Source: Planctomycetales bacterium 10988
GTDB lineage: Bacteria; Planctomycetota; Planctomycetia; Pirellulales; Pb10988
Reading direction: 5' to 3'
Assembly: GCA_009664345.1 (NCBI GenBank)
Contig: CP043547.1
Location: forward strand, 2,072,709-2,136,708
DNA length: 64,000 nucleotides
Each line of letters begins with the position of its first letter. Positions within the stretch are counted from its first letter, which is position 1. Under the pieces are notes generated by a model. That model did no database searches and had not been told where the DNA came from. It saw only the letters and a list, made by a program, of their open reading frames with translations. Made by a program: the position numbers and the translations under genes. Shown piece by piece: positions 49,836-60,083 of this stretch.

Positions 49836-50690
49836 ATGAGCGGTGACCCTCAAGAAAACTTCTTGCAAGGTGATTCAAATCCTTTCAAATCACCCGAATC
49901 CGAATATGGTCAGGTATCGGTAGAAGTTGATAAGGAACTGGATGTTCGCCACGTCCTTAGGAAATCCCTCGATATTTGCAAAGGGAACCTCAGAGTCATT
50001 ATTGTCGGCAGTTGGATGATGGCAGTTAGTTTCGCTGTTTGTTTTTATGCACTTATGGCGATTCCTTTCATGATCTTTGTTGTTTTTAACGAGATCATAA
50101 AAACCAACGTAGGAATCCACCCATTAGATTTTTTACTCTTCAGTGCGCTTCTTATTATATTTTTCTATCTACCTGCAGCGATTCTATTTCTTTCGAGTTG
50201 GTTGATCACAGGTCTGAATCGCTACCTGATGGCAGTAGTGCGAGGGCAGCGACTTGACTACAAAATGATTTTCGAAGGAAAAAAGCTCTGGCCGTTATTT
50301 GGGACTTTCTTCCTTCTATTTTTGGTGATCGTTGCCGGCTTATTGCTGCTCGTTGTTCCTGGAATCTTTTTGGCACTCTGCCTTTGGCCTGCTCCCTATT
50401 TAATCTCTGAGAATCGCTATCGGGCGATCGATTCTTTTAAAGTGGCGTGGGAATTAATGGAAGGGAACCGTCGGGCGATGCTACTGCTTGCCCTGGCGTT
50501 GCTCCTTATCAATGCGGTTGGAGCCTTACCGGCCTATGTTGGGCTTCTATTTACGGTGCCGTATACGCTTGTTGTTCTGGTGGTCAGTTACTTCGAACTC
50601 ACCGACCAACCGACTTATCTTGATCTAAAAGAAGAATCGGATGCTTTGGGCACAACCGATGTTCCTCCTGAGGCTCCCCCTCTTTCTTAA
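49836..50690 (+). CDS. multi-pass membrane protein, tandem paralog 2 of 4
   Basis: Start moved to MSGDPQENFLQGDSNPF by analogy with the paralogs. Motifs YLMAVVRGQ, VPGIFLALCLWPAPYL, IDSFKVAWELMEGNRR, LTDQPTYL. Confidence 0.65.
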   Translation: MSGDPQENFLQGDSNPFKSPESEYGQVSVEVDKELDVRHVLRKSLDICKGNLRVIIVGSWMMAVSFAVCFYALMAIPFMIFVVFNEIIKTNVGIHPLDFLLFSALLIIFFYLPAAILFLSSWLITGLNRYLMAVVRGQRLDYKMIFEGKKLWPLFGTFFLLFLVIVAGLLLLVVPGIFLALCLWPAPYLISENRYRAIDSFKVAWELMEGNRRAMLLLALALLLINAVGALPAYVGLLFTVPYTLVVLVVSYFELTDQPTYLDLKEESDALGTTDVPPEAPPLS

Positions 50691-50825
50691 TCTTTCGCAA
50701 GAAATTGACGTGCTCGCTTGTGAGTGGTAGCTCGCTTTGCTAGGTTCAGGGCATTTCGACAGGTATATTCTATTGACCGTTATTAGTTTGCCTATCATCC
50801 TTGTAGAACCAGAGGAACCAAACGA

Positions 50826-51620
50826 ATGAGCGGCGACAACCCCTTTCAGACCCCACAAGCTGGGCCATTTCACTCCGAGCAAGGTGTTCCCATCCCCGCT
50901 GAGGTGACGAAGAACACCTTGGATTTTGGCCAGGTACTCGGCGACTCGGTTAAAATCTATCAAGAAAAATTTGTACCGCTGTTTGTTAGTAATTTGATTC
51001 TACTGGGATGGATACTGCTGGTGCTCGCAGTACTCTTCGGCATCCCGACTGCGGTTGCTGCCGCGATGGTCGACTCGAACCCAAACGGCGGACCTCCGGG
51101 AGAACCTTCCGGTGCCGTATTGCTGGTGATCATGGTTTTCGGCTTCTTCTCGGTGATTCTCTATCCCCTTGCCCTCTGCTGGATGCTGGCGGGTTTCAAC
51201 ACATATCTCTTTCAACTCGTCCGCGGCGAGCAACCTTCGTTTGGGGTCCTTTTTAGTGGAACAAATTTTCTGCCTTACCTCGGGGTGTTACTTCTGCTTT
51301 CGATCGCAGTCAATTTGGGGATGTGTCTATTGATCATTCCGGGCCTGTTCCTGGCGTTGTCGCTGTGGCCTGCTCCTTTTCTGGTATTGGAAAACCGCTA
51401 TAGCGTGATGAACTCCTTCAAGAAGGCATGGGAACTTACGGAAGGCAACCGCCTGACGATGCTACTCATTGCCTTTATTCTCGGCTTGATTAATGGAGCA
51501 GGTGCCCTTTTGCTCTATGTCGGAATGCTATTCACCCTGCCCTTTGTGAATCTCGCAGTGATTGTTGCCTATTTTATGATCACCAGCCAACCGACTTATC
51601 TCCAAGCTGAGGGGAAATAA
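50826..51620 (+). CDS. multi-pass membrane protein, tandem paralog 3 of 4
   Basis: MSGDNPFQTP; YLFQLVRGEQP, IPGLFLALSLWPAPFL, MNSFKKAWELTEGNRL, ITSQPTYL. Confidence 0.65.
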   Translation: MSGDNPFQTPQAGPFHSEQGVPIPAEVTKNTLDFGQVLGDSVKIYQEKFVPLFVSNLILLGWILLVLAVLFGIPTAVAAAMVDSNPNGGPPGEPSGAVLLVIMVFGFFSVILYPLALCWMLAGFNTYLFQLVRGEQPSFGVLFSGTNFLPYLGVLLLLSIAVNLGMCLLIIPGLFLALSLWPAPFLVLENRYSVMNSFKKAWELTEGNRLTMLLIAFILGLINGAGALLLYVGMLFTLPFVNLAVIVAYFMITSQPTYLQAEGK

Positions 51621-51846
51621 AAACTCCTTCTCTAGCAACAATCCAGCTTCCACCAAGACCCAAAACCATCCACGGCTTCTGGGTCTTTTTCGTTGATCGC
51701 ATCAGAAAAAAGCTAAGATAAGATTGTAATGTTCTTGGGGAGACACCTTGAGGAGATGCTGAAATTTTGTTAACTTTTAACAGTTATCACCTAGACTTTA
51801 GAGCGATTTCGATCCCAGCTAACGACTTACTAAATAGGACCAAGGA

Positions 51847-52764
51847 ATGAGTGGGGCCAATCCATTTCGAAATGAATCTGATCCGTCTGACTTCCATTTC
51901 TCCAATAATCTCTTTCCCAATTCCGAACCGCAGGTGCCTAACTTTTCGCAATCAGCACCTTCGCAACCGGTATCCGACCAAGGAAGTTCCGAGGGACCCG
52001 TTCTTGGCGTTCCTCGCCCTGAGGAACTGACGCCCTGCAAGCTTGATATCAATGAGGTCATGGGGCATGCCTTTACAATCTATCAAGAACAATTTCTCTC
52101 CATCCTCGGTGGGCTGATGCTTCTTCTTGCCAGCTTCTCCGCGGTGGCCGTCTTCATCCCTCAAGTGATTTTCATTTTTGGAGCCCTCTTAATCTCCGAC
52201 CCTGAAACGGCCTCGCCTGTTGGAGAATTTTTCAACGTCATCGGTGCGGGAATTTCCATGTTCGGGATCGTATGGTTGACCGCGGGGAATTTTCTCATTT
52301 TTTGCTATTTCATGCTGGGATATCAACAGTTTCTGCTCAACATCGTTCGAGGGAGAAAGCCCCAGTTCCGTTCTATTTTTCAAGGGAAAAATTTTATCAA
52401 TTACGTGGTGATCGGCGTTTTGATGACGCTGCTCGTTCAAATTGGGAATTGTCTCTTGCTTCTGCCTGGAATTCTCATCGCAATGACCTTTTGGCCTACG
52501 GGCTATCTTATTATTGATCGAAGATGCACGGTATTTGAATCCTTTGGAATTGCATCGAGTTTAACGGACGGCTCCCGACTCAATTTCTTCCTCATGATGA
52601 TCATTCTTACCTTTATGAATGCGTGCGGATTCTTGTTAGTCGGGATCGGTTATGTCTTTACCATGTCCATCACGTTTCTCGCATTCATTCTCGCCTACTT
52701 AGCGATCTCGGGCCAACCAAATTATTTGCAGTCAGAACAGTATCAGTCGAAGTACTATTCATAA
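51847..52764 (+). CDS. multi-pass membrane protein, tandem paralog 4 of 4
   Basis: MSGANPFRNE; FLLNIVRGRKP, LPGILIAMTFWPTGYL, FESFGIASSLTDGSRL, ISGQPNYL. The most diverged member. Confidence 0.65.
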   Translation: MSGANPFRNESDPSDFHFSNNLFPNSEPQVPNFSQSAPSQPVSDQGSSEGPVLGVPRPEELTPCKLDINEVMGHAFTIYQEQFLSILGGLMLLLASFSAVAVFIPQVIFIFGALLISDPETASPVGEFFNVIGAGISMFGIVWLTAGNFLIFCYFMLGYQQFLLNIVRGRKPQFRSIFQGKNFINYVVIGVLMTLLVQIGNCLLLLPGILIAMTFWPTGYLIIDRRCTVFESFGIASSLTDGSRLNFFLMMIILTFMNACGFLLVGIGYVFTMSITFLAFILAYLAISGQPNYLQSEQYQSKYYS

Positions 52765-53087
52765 CCACTTCAAAAATCACATTGAAAGTTCATTGAAAAC
52801 TAAAGCGGCTGCGGAGGCGGTGCCTTGCGGACTTCTAGGTGGTTTGTTAAGTTTCGTTCGTACAGCACCCCCGAGGCGAGACCGGGGTGACCTCTTGGCG
52901 ATTTTCTATCGCTCGAAGTCAATCCTCCTCTGGTTCTCGCGGCTTGCAAAGACGATTTCTCCCCCCGTTGCATCCTTTCAATCGAGGTAGGCTTTCGAGC
53001 CCATCTTTCGATTTTATCTAAGCCACGAAGAATTGCTGCTAATTCCCTTGGTTTGCCGATCCGCTTTGCCCCTCTTTCAGGAAAACT

Positions 53088-53882
53088 ATGAACGACGCCT
53101 ATCAAGCTCGCTTGGAAGTTGCCCTCGCCGCTGGCCAGGAAGCCGGCCAAATCACCCTTCACTACTTTCAACAAAAATCCCTGGTGGTCGAAACGAAGGA
53201 CGACCAATCTCCTGTCACGATTGCCGACCGGGAAGCCGAACAATTTCTCCGCAAGGAAATTCTCAAGGCCTTTCCCGAAGATGGAATCTTGGGCGAGGAG
53301 TTTCCCGAGCACGAAGGAAGTTCTGGATATCGCTGGATTCTCGATCCCATCGATGGCACGAAGTCCTTTATTTACGGAGTTCCCCTCTACGGCACGATGA
53401 TTGGGATCGAAAAAGACGGCGACCGCAGCGTTGTCGGCGTGGTCGATCACGCCCCTCTTGGTGAAACGGTCTATGCCGCCGATGGCATGGGAGCTTGGTT
53501 GATTCGCAAAGGTCAAGCCGCGATCCCTGCGAAAGTTTCCGAAGTCAGCACCCTGGTTGAAAGCCTCTTCGTTTCGACTTCACCGCCGAGTTATTATCAA
53601 TTCAACCGGGAAGCCGTTTGGCAAGCCTTGATGAAACAGTCGAAATATACCCGGACTTGGGGCGATTGTTATGGATATACCTTGGTTGCGACCGGTCGCG
53701 CGGAAGTGATGCTCGATCCGGCGATGAATCTGTGGGACAATGCCGCCTTGCAACCGATTCTCGAAGGAGCTGGCGGAACCTTTACGGACTGGAACGGAAA
53801 ACCGACCATCCACACCGGCGAGGGCTTAGCCACTAACGGGAAGATCTTCGAAGAAGTCTTGGCGCTTACTCAAGGAAAATAG
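53088..53882 (+). CDS. inositol-monophosphatase-family phosphatase (HisN/SuhB-like)
   Basis: EEF...WILDPIDGTKSF metal-binding motif and WGDCYGYTLVATG C-terminal motif. Confidence 0.8.
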   Translation: MNDAYQARLEVALAAGQEAGQITLHYFQQKSLVVETKDDQSPVTIADREAEQFLRKEILKAFPEDGILGEEFPEHEGSSGYRWILDPIDGTKSFIYGVPLYGTMIGIEKDGDRSVVGVVDHAPLGETVYAADGMGAWLIRKGQAAIPAKVSEVSTLVESLFVSTSPPSYYQFNREAVWQALMKQSKYTRTWGDCYGYTLVATGRAEVMLDPAMNLWDNAALQPILEGAGGTFTDWNGKPTIHTGEGLATNGKIFEEVLALTQGK

Positions 53883-53894
53883 CAGGCAGAAAAC

Positions 53895-53926
53895 CTAACC
53901 AAGAGGGAATCATTCTTGGTTTTCCT
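53895..53926 (+). terminator. Rho-independent terminator after the IMPase-family gene
   Basis: ccaagagggaatcattcttgg stem-loop followed by ttttcc. Confidence 0.5.
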
Positions 53927-54129
53927 GGTCTCATGGCTTGGGCAGAATTGGAATCCGCGATTGGATTGACTATAATAATAGTGCGCTGAATGCATGAAGA
54001 AAATGTTGTTCGGTGCTTGTTTACAGGTGTTTGCGAAACGATTTGCATTCACCTTCAATCCGGTCGATCCGGTTCGTCCTCCTATCCTTCAGGTCCCGAT
54101 GGACCGATTTTCCCCAGAGGGAGGCCCCC

Positions 54130-54588
54130 ATGAACGCCAAAACGATTCTCTTTCCCACGGATTTCTCTCGACTCAGCGATAATGCTCTGCACCGTGCCAC
54201 GGTGTTAGCCAAGGAATCCAATGCGAAGTTGTTGATTCTTCACGTGGAAGAACCCCCTTCGGCCTATGCGGGAGGGGAAATGTATTATGGAATGCCAGAG
54301 CCTGATCACGAGGCCCTCAAGGAGATGCTGGCTAGAATTACTCCGCACGATCCAGACCTTGCGTTCGAACGTCGTTTGGAAATCGGCGATCCTGCCAGCG
54401 AGATCGTTCGTGTTGCGGAAGAAGAAGACGTTGATATGATCGTGATGGCAACGCACGGCCGCACCGGACTTACCCGGCTGTTAATGGGAAGTGTCGCAGA
54501 ATCCGTCGTTCGCCATGCTCCATGTGCGGTGCTTTCGTTAAAAGAGCCGCATCGAGCGAAGGATGCCCAGGAAGAGTCGGTTCGTTGA
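54130..54588 (+). CDS. uspA: universal stress protein
   Basis: MNAKTILFPTDFS...LHV...MATHGRTGLTRLLMGSVAESVVRHAPCAVL, the USP ATP-binding G-2x-G-9x-G(S/T) motif. ATG at 54130 with gggagg RBS. Confidence 0.8.
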   Translation: MNAKTILFPTDFSRLSDNALHRATVLAKESNAKLLILHVEEPPSAYAGGEMYYGMPEPDHEALKEMLARITPHDPDLAFERRLEIGDPASEIVRVAEEEDVDMIVMATHGRTGLTRLLMGSVAESVVRHAPCAVLSLKEPHRAKDAQEESVR

Positions 54589-54718
54589 GTTAAACGCGAA
54601 CAGCGTTCCTGCTTTTGAGCGTCTCTCTTGTCTAGTACAATCGTCTGTCCTAGAGATTGAGAGGCCGCTTCTCTACTTCCCTCCAATCATCGTACCTGTT
54701 TCACCAGGGAGTCGAACG

Positions 54719-55195
54719 ATGGATCAAGTGCTTCAACGCCTGAGTACGCTTGTGGCAGCCGATGTAATGAACCGTGAGGTCGTCGAAATCGGCTCCACGG
54801 AACGCCTTTCGCAGGCGGTTTCAACCTTGCGACAACATGCCGTTACGGGGGCTCCTGTTCTTGACCCGGAACACCGCTGTATCGGGGTGCTGAGTGGGGC
54901 GGACCTCGTTCGCTGGGCAAGCCTTTTCTTCTATGCCCTCGATGGAAATTCTACCTCCAACCATGGCGAGCTAAGCCTGAATCCCAAAGTGTCCGACTTG
55001 TTATCTCCGGACCTTTCGGCAATTCCTTCAGAAACTCCGCTGTTGGAAGTTGCTCAACGAATGTGTCGTTCCCACGTGCATCGGATGGTCGTCGTTGACC
55101 ACCAAGGGAAAATTCAAGGGATTGTCAGTACCATGGATGTGGTGGCGGCCCTGGTGAATGCCTTGGCGGAAGCAGGCCTGACTGATCCTGCCTAA
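54719..55195 (+). CDS. CBS-pair domain protein
   Basis: Two CBS-like units (VADVMNREVVEI...GAPVLD and RMVVVDHQGKIQGIVSTMDVV). Start placed at MDQVLQ with gggag RBS. Confidence 0.7.
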   Translation: MDQVLQRLSTLVAADVMNREVVEIGSTERLSQAVSTLRQHAVTGAPVLDPEHRCIGVLSGADLVRWASLFFYALDGNSTSNHGELSLNPKVSDLLSPDLSAIPSETPLLEVAQRMCRSHVHRMVVVDHQGKIQGIVSTMDVVAALVNALAEAGLTDPA

Positions 55196-55245
55196 GTCAT
55201 GAATTTCGAATAACTTACCGCATTTCTCTCCCGGAAAGAAACGGC

Positions 55246-56046
55246 ATGCCCGAGACCCTCCTTTCCCAAGGCAAGCTCCATTTCGAACGCCAAGGTGCCG
55301 GCCCTCCCCTGCTCTTGATCCATGGCTTTCCTTTCGATCACCGGATGTGGCAATCCCAGCTAGCCGAACTTCGCACTTCTTTCGATGTCATCGCTCCCGA
55401 CCTGCGAGGATTTGGGGATAGCCCGCTTCATAGTGGTGAGTTTTCGGAAGAACCTTCCCTGCTCAACTATGCCCATGAGTTGATAGAGCTGCTGGATGCC
55501 CTTCATATCAAAGAACAAATCACCCTCTGTGGGCTCTCCATGGGTGGTTATATCGCCTGGGATTTTTGCGAGGTGGCGCTTCACCGGCTGGAAAGGCTGA
55601 TCATTTGCTCCTCCAAAGCGAGTGCGGACCCCAAAGAAGTGGTTGAAAATCGCCATCAAGTCGCGGAACGCGTGATGGAAATCGGACCGCATTTCTTGAT
55701 TGAGGGAATGCTTCCGAAAGTTTTGGGAAAAACAAGCTTACAGTCACGGCCAAGTGTCAAAGAATTGACCGAGGCGATGATCATGAAGTCTTCGCCACTA
55801 GGGATAGCGACTGCTCAAAGGGCGATGGCGGCTCGGGTGGATCGAGAAGATTTTTTACCTCAGATCGCAATCCCCACGCTGTTGGTCTCGGGGGAGGAAG
55901 ACCCTTTAACTCCGCCGGAATTGATGAAAAAAATGACGGGGAAGTTGCCAAATTCAGAATTGAAAACGATTTCCTCCGCAGGACACTTAGCTCCAATGGA
56001 GTGCCCTGGCGAATTCAATCAGATCGTCAAAGCGTTTCTGCAATAG
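55246..56046 (+). CDS. alpha/beta-fold hydrolase
   Basis: HGFPF oxyanion region, LCGLSMGGYIA nucleophile elbow, C-terminal His (SSAGHLAPME). Confidence 0.8.
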   Translation: MPETLLSQGKLHFERQGAGPPLLLIHGFPFDHRMWQSQLAELRTSFDVIAPDLRGFGDSPLHSGEFSEEPSLLNYAHELIELLDALHIKEQITLCGLSMGGYIAWDFCEVALHRLERLIICSSKASADPKEVVENRHQVAERVMEIGPHFLIEGMLPKVLGKTSLQSRPSVKELTEAMIMKSSPLGIATAQRAMAARVDREDFLPQIAIPTLLVSGEEDPLTPPELMKKMTGKLPNSELKTISSAGHLAPMECPGEFNQIVKAFLQ

Positions 56047-56206
56047 AAATCTACGGATTCGAAGGGGAATATCTCGAACCCCACGTCTGTCCGTTTACCT
56101 CAAAAAAACGGACAGACGCCCTCTCAATGAACGAAATTAGCATTGTTCCAACCCGATCAATGGGTTATTTTCTGCCAATTAACTGTGAACAGGTTAAGAA
56201 CCCATT

Positions 56207-56647
56207 CTAGAGGTTCATCGAACTTTCTTCTTCTTTGTAAATCTTGGTTTTGCTACCAGACATCAAGTCGGTAAGACGGATGGAGCTAAGCTCAACGCGA
56301 AGTTGTTCATTGACGCGTTCAATCGCTTCATGAAGCTTTTTCGCCGAAGCCGCGTCCATGCCTTCGTCCCGAGGAAGATCGGAATCGAGCGGACCATCGA
56401 TGGCTTCAATGATATCGAGCAGGGTAATTTGATCTGGTTGGCGATGTAACGAATAGCCACCATCAACCCCGCGAGTAGAACGCAAAAGACCGTGAGTAAC
56501 CAAGTTGCGTAAAATTTGAAGCAGGAAGCGTTCCGGCATTTTCCCAGCTTCAGCTAAGCGGCTGCAAGGAATCGGAGCCTGTGGGCCAGCTTCCGCAAGT
56601 TGCAGGGTTGCTTGCAAAGCATAGAGGATGGTTCTAGAAAGCTTCAT
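56207..56647 (-). CDS. Rrf2-family transcriptional regulator
   Basis: MKLSRTILYALQATLQLA HTH start and the GLLRSTRGVDGGYSL wing region typical of Rrf2/IscR/NsrR proteins. No three-Cys cluster seen, so probably a non-Fe-S member. Confidence 0.8.
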   Translation of the reverse strand: MKLSRTILYALQATLQLAEAGPQAPIPCSRLAEAGKMPERFLLQILRNLVTHGLLRSTRGVDGGYSLHRQPDQITLLDIIEAIDGPLDSDLPRDEGMDAASAKKLHEAIERVNEQLRVELSSIRLTDLMSGSKTKIYKEEESSMNL

Positions 56648-57568
56648 TCTTGTCTCCAGCTACTTGAGAAAATGGGACTTACTACGAAGTCACCAAAGGT
56701 ATTCAAACATTGAATGCGGGTAAATCCAGGCACAGCCTGGGAAACTATTGATCGAATCAACCGTCGAAGATTCAGCCAAGGTAATGAGAAAATCCGATGA
56801 CTCTCAGCCTTACCTACAAAAAACATATCCCTAATGTCTAATATACAAATCATTCCATTTAGACAAGGACTAAAATCTCAACAAACCGATTACGGATCAA
56901 AATTATCGGAAAATCGACCGTGGAGTTAACGAACGATTATTTTCTGATAGAGATTTATCCCAACGATGGGAAGAAACAGAATTTTGAGATTATGAAATCT
57001 ATCCTCCGTACTATTCACTTCAGAAGCCAAAGTACGGGACGAAAAGAATCTGGAAGAGTCGCGTATACTTAAGCGTAGACGCGGGATACGTCAGATCGTA
57101 AATTCTCGGCAGAATGAATCTGATCGTTCCTAAATTATAATTGTAAGTGTAAGCGGTTCTTAAGGACTTCTCAAGGAAAATTCAAGCGAAAGTACAGAAT
57201 TTCTGCAAAAAAATGACGAAAAAAATTGAATTGAGAGGAATCATTCCCCGAAGAGGTCCTTCATTTCCCGTCAAAGTTTCCTTGAACTCGCTTGCTTGAT
57301 GTCCTTGCTAGTCTTGTTAAACTATTATTTGTAAATCAATCGAAGAGGGAACGACGAATATTTCATCTAGTTTGCCTCAAAAGTCGAATACTGACAACTG
57401 AACGGAACTGCACTCTTTCAATTTCCTGGCACATTGTCTTCAAACTTTGCCTGATTTACCGAAAAAGCGAACCCTTTGACCACTTCGTTGGTCCTTTATT
57501 ATTGGTCCTTATCTATTACTTTGGGCTGAACGACTTCGGCGTTAGCAATCACCCCAGGTACCGCTGCT

Positions 57569-59002
57569 TTGGGAAAGGGAACCCCTGTGACCACTTCTAC
57601 TTCAACGCGTGCCGATGTGGCTTTTCAACGTTGTATTTCTCCGCATTGCGAAGCCACCTATGGGGTCGATGAGGTCCTCACGGCCTGCCCTGCCTGCGGA
57701 CAACTCCTCGATGTGGCCTATGATCCCGATCAACTGAACCTTCCCAAAAGCCTCTCTTTTTTCGAGAAAAAATGGTCGCAGCGTACCGATCCGTTGGCGT
57801 TTAGCGGGGTTTGGCGATTCCATGAACTGCTCCCTTTTGCCAGTCGCGAAAAGATCGTTACCATCGGTGAGGGGCAAACTCTCTTACAGCAAGCCGATTC
57901 GGTCGCGAAGTTCACCGACATGCTGCCCGGCAATCTTTACTTGCAATACGAAGGGATGAATCCTTCCGGGAGTTTCAAAGATAACGGGATGGCGGCGGCC
58001 TTCTCGCACGCCCACAGCGTCGGAGCCAAGCGGGCCGCGTGTGCTTCCACCGGAAATACAAGTGCTTCCTTGGCCGCGTTTTGCTCGGTCACTGGCTTAA
58101 TGAAAGCGATTATCTTTGTCGGAGCTGGCAAAATCGCTTATGGAAAGCTGTCACAAGCCCTCGATTATGGGGCACTCACGGTTGCTATCGCTGGGGATTT
58201 TGACGATGCCATGTTGCGTGTGAAAGAAGTCTCCAAGCAACTGGGAATCTACCTCGTCAACAGCGTCAATCCATTCCGACTCGAAGGTCAAAAGACGATC
58301 ATGTATCGGATTCTTGAAGCCCTGCAATGGGAAGTTCCCGATTGGATCGTGGTTCCTGGCGGAAACTTGGGCAACTCGAGTTCCTTCGGAAAAGCCTTTG
58401 CGGAACTTTATGAATGGGGCCTGATTGACCGGATTCCTCGCCTGGCGGTGATCAATGCCCAAGGTGCGAACACGCTCTATGAACTGTACGAGCGACGTGG
58501 ACTTCGTTGGAATGGAGGTTCGCCCAATCAACAAATCATCGATGATTATTACACAGAACTCGATCGCGATCACAAACGGGCCTCCACGATTGCCAGTGCC
58601 ATCGAAATCAATCGCCCTGTGAACTTGATGAAGTGCTTGCGAGCCTTGGAAACCTGCCGCGGCGTCGTGCGAGAGATTCATGATCAAGAGATTCTTGATG
58701 CCAAGGCCCAAGTCGGTGCAGGTGGTTTTGGATGCGAACCGGCCAGTGCCGCGAGTGTGGCCGGCGTCAAACTTTTGCGACAACAAGGGGTGATTCAGAA
58801 GGATGAAAAAGTCGTCTGCATTTTGACCGGGCATCTCCTTAAAGACCCCACCGCGACGGTCGCTTACCATGGAACGGATCAAGATCAGTTCAATAAGGTT
58901 CTTGGTAGCCGCGGGGTGAAGCGAGCCGGCTTTGCCAACCGCGCGGTCCAAGTTGCCAACAATTTGGAAGAGATCGTCCGCTCCATTCAGATGTATAGCT
59001 AA
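57569..59002 (+). CDS. thrC: threonine synthase
   Basis: PLP-lysine motif [20 protein letters not shown], and the C-terminal fold. The N-terminus carries C-x4-C...C-x2-C. The track start is TTG (57569); GTG at 57587 with aaggga RBS is an alternative. Confidence 0.85.
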   Translation: MGKGTPVTTSTSTRADVAFQRCISPHCEATYGVDEVLTACPACGQLLDVAYDPDQLNLPKSLSFFEKKWSQRTDPLAFSGVWRFHELLPFASREKIVTIGEGQTLLQQADSVAKFTDMLPGNLYLQYEGMNPSGSFKDNGMAAAFSHAHSVGAKRAACASTGNTSASLAAFCSVTGLMKAIIFVGAGKIAYGKLSQALDYGALTVAIAGDFDDAMLRVKEVSKQLGIYLVNSVNPFRLEGQKTIMYRILEALQWEVPDWIVVPGGNLGNSSSFGKAFAELYEWGLIDRIPRLAVINAQGANTLYELYERRGLRWNGGSPNQQIIDDYYTELDRDHKRASTIASAIEINRPVNLMKCLRALETCRGVVREIHDQEILDAKAQVGAGGFGCEPASAASVAGVKLLRQQGVIQKDEKVVCILTGHLLKDPTATVAYHGTDQDQFNKVLGSRGVKRAGFANRAVQVANNLEEIVRSIQMYS

Positions 59003-59282
59003 CCGTCAAACCTGCCATTCATTTTCCCTCAGTTCAAAAATCACTTTTTGGATTGAGGGATTGATTTTAGAGCCAGTGGTCAGAACCCGACGGAAGCGGA
59101 GTAATGCCTGGTAATCGTGACACTCACGTAACTATTGACCACGAACTCTTAGTGGCTCGGACAAAACCTATAATGACTTGGAGCAAAATCGCTCACGTTT
59201 GAGTGTTATCGACGTTCTCAAATCAGTTCTGTCAGAGCTTCCTATAACTTCCTCCCTCCTTTTGATCGATTGAAGGAACCCG

Positions 59283-60083
59283 ATGCCCCCGATTCAACTT
59301 GCCGTTCACGGTGCTGCCGGCCGTATGGGCCAACGTGTGATCGCGCTTGCCCACGCCAATCCTGAGTTCGAAATTGTCGCTGCGTTGGAAAGTGCCGAAC
59401 ATCCGCAACTCGGTCAAGATGCCGGGACCATCAGCGGAGTTGGCGAAATCGGGATTCCGCTGACGAGTGAAATCGATGGGGTGGTAGAGGTCTTGATTGA
59501 CTTTTCCGTGCCCGAGGCTTCCTTGAAGATTGCTCAAACTTGCAAGGCTTCGGAAATCCCCTTGGTTGTCGCGACGACGGGCTTTAATGAAGACCAAAAG
59601 AAAGAAATGCAGGCGATCGCTCACCATATCCCCTTGTTGTGGGCACCGAGCATGAGCTTGGCGGTGAACCTCGTGATGAAGCTCTCCGCGATTGCCGCGG
59701 AAGCGGTGAAAGACCATGCCTCCGGGGTCGATGTGGAAATCATCGAGCGGCATCACCGCTTCAAGGAAGATGCTCCCAGTGGAACGGCCTTGCGATTCGG
59801 GGAAATCATTTCTTCCATCATGAAGCAATCGGATCATCAACACGGGCGACACGGCCGCGACGCCAAACGGATGCCGACCGAACTCGGTTATCATGCCGTC
59901 CGCACCGGCGATAATCCCGGCGAGCATACCATCATCTTTGGATTTCTTGGCGAAACGATCGAGCTTTCTGTCAAAGCAACCAATCGAGATTGCTATGCTC
60001 ACGGAGCGCTCGCCGCGGCGAAATATCTTTACGCTCAAGAGGCCGGGATTTACTCGATGCAAGAAGTTTTAGGGCTGGAATAA
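59283..60083 (+). CDS. dapB: 4-hydroxy-tetrahydrodipicolinate reductase
   Basis: N-terminal Rossmann LAVHGAAGRMGQ and the E(R)HHRFKEDAPSGTA catalytic motif. Confidence 0.9.
   Translation: MPPIQLAVHGAAGRMGQRVIALAHANPEFEIVAALESAEHPQLGQDAGTISGVGEIGIPLTSEIDGVVEVLIDFSVPEASLKIAQTCKASEIPLVVATTGFNEDQKKEMQAIAHHIPLLWAPSMSLAVNLVMKLSAIAAEAVKDHASGVDVEIIERHHRFKEDAPSGTALRFGEIISSIMKQSDHQHGRHGRDAKRMPTELGYHAVRTGDNPGEHTIIFGFLGETIELSVKATNRDCYAHGALAAAKYLYAQEAGIYSMQEVLGLE

Noticed and set aside
52800-53516. 238-aa minus-strand ORF
   Set aside because: Overlaps the IMPase-family gene, which has the WILDPIDGT motif, on the opposite strand.
56088-56121. 12-bp-stem hairpin gtctgtccgttt...aaacggacagac between the convergent alpha/beta hydrolase and Rrf2 genes
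   Set aside because: A strong stem, but neither strand has a U-tract after it, so I did not call it an intrinsic terminator. It may still be a bidirectional structure.
58151-58951. 266-aa minus-strand ORF
   Set aside because: Antisense inside thrC.
59232-60062. 276-aa minus-strand ORF
   Set aside because: Antisense inside dapB.
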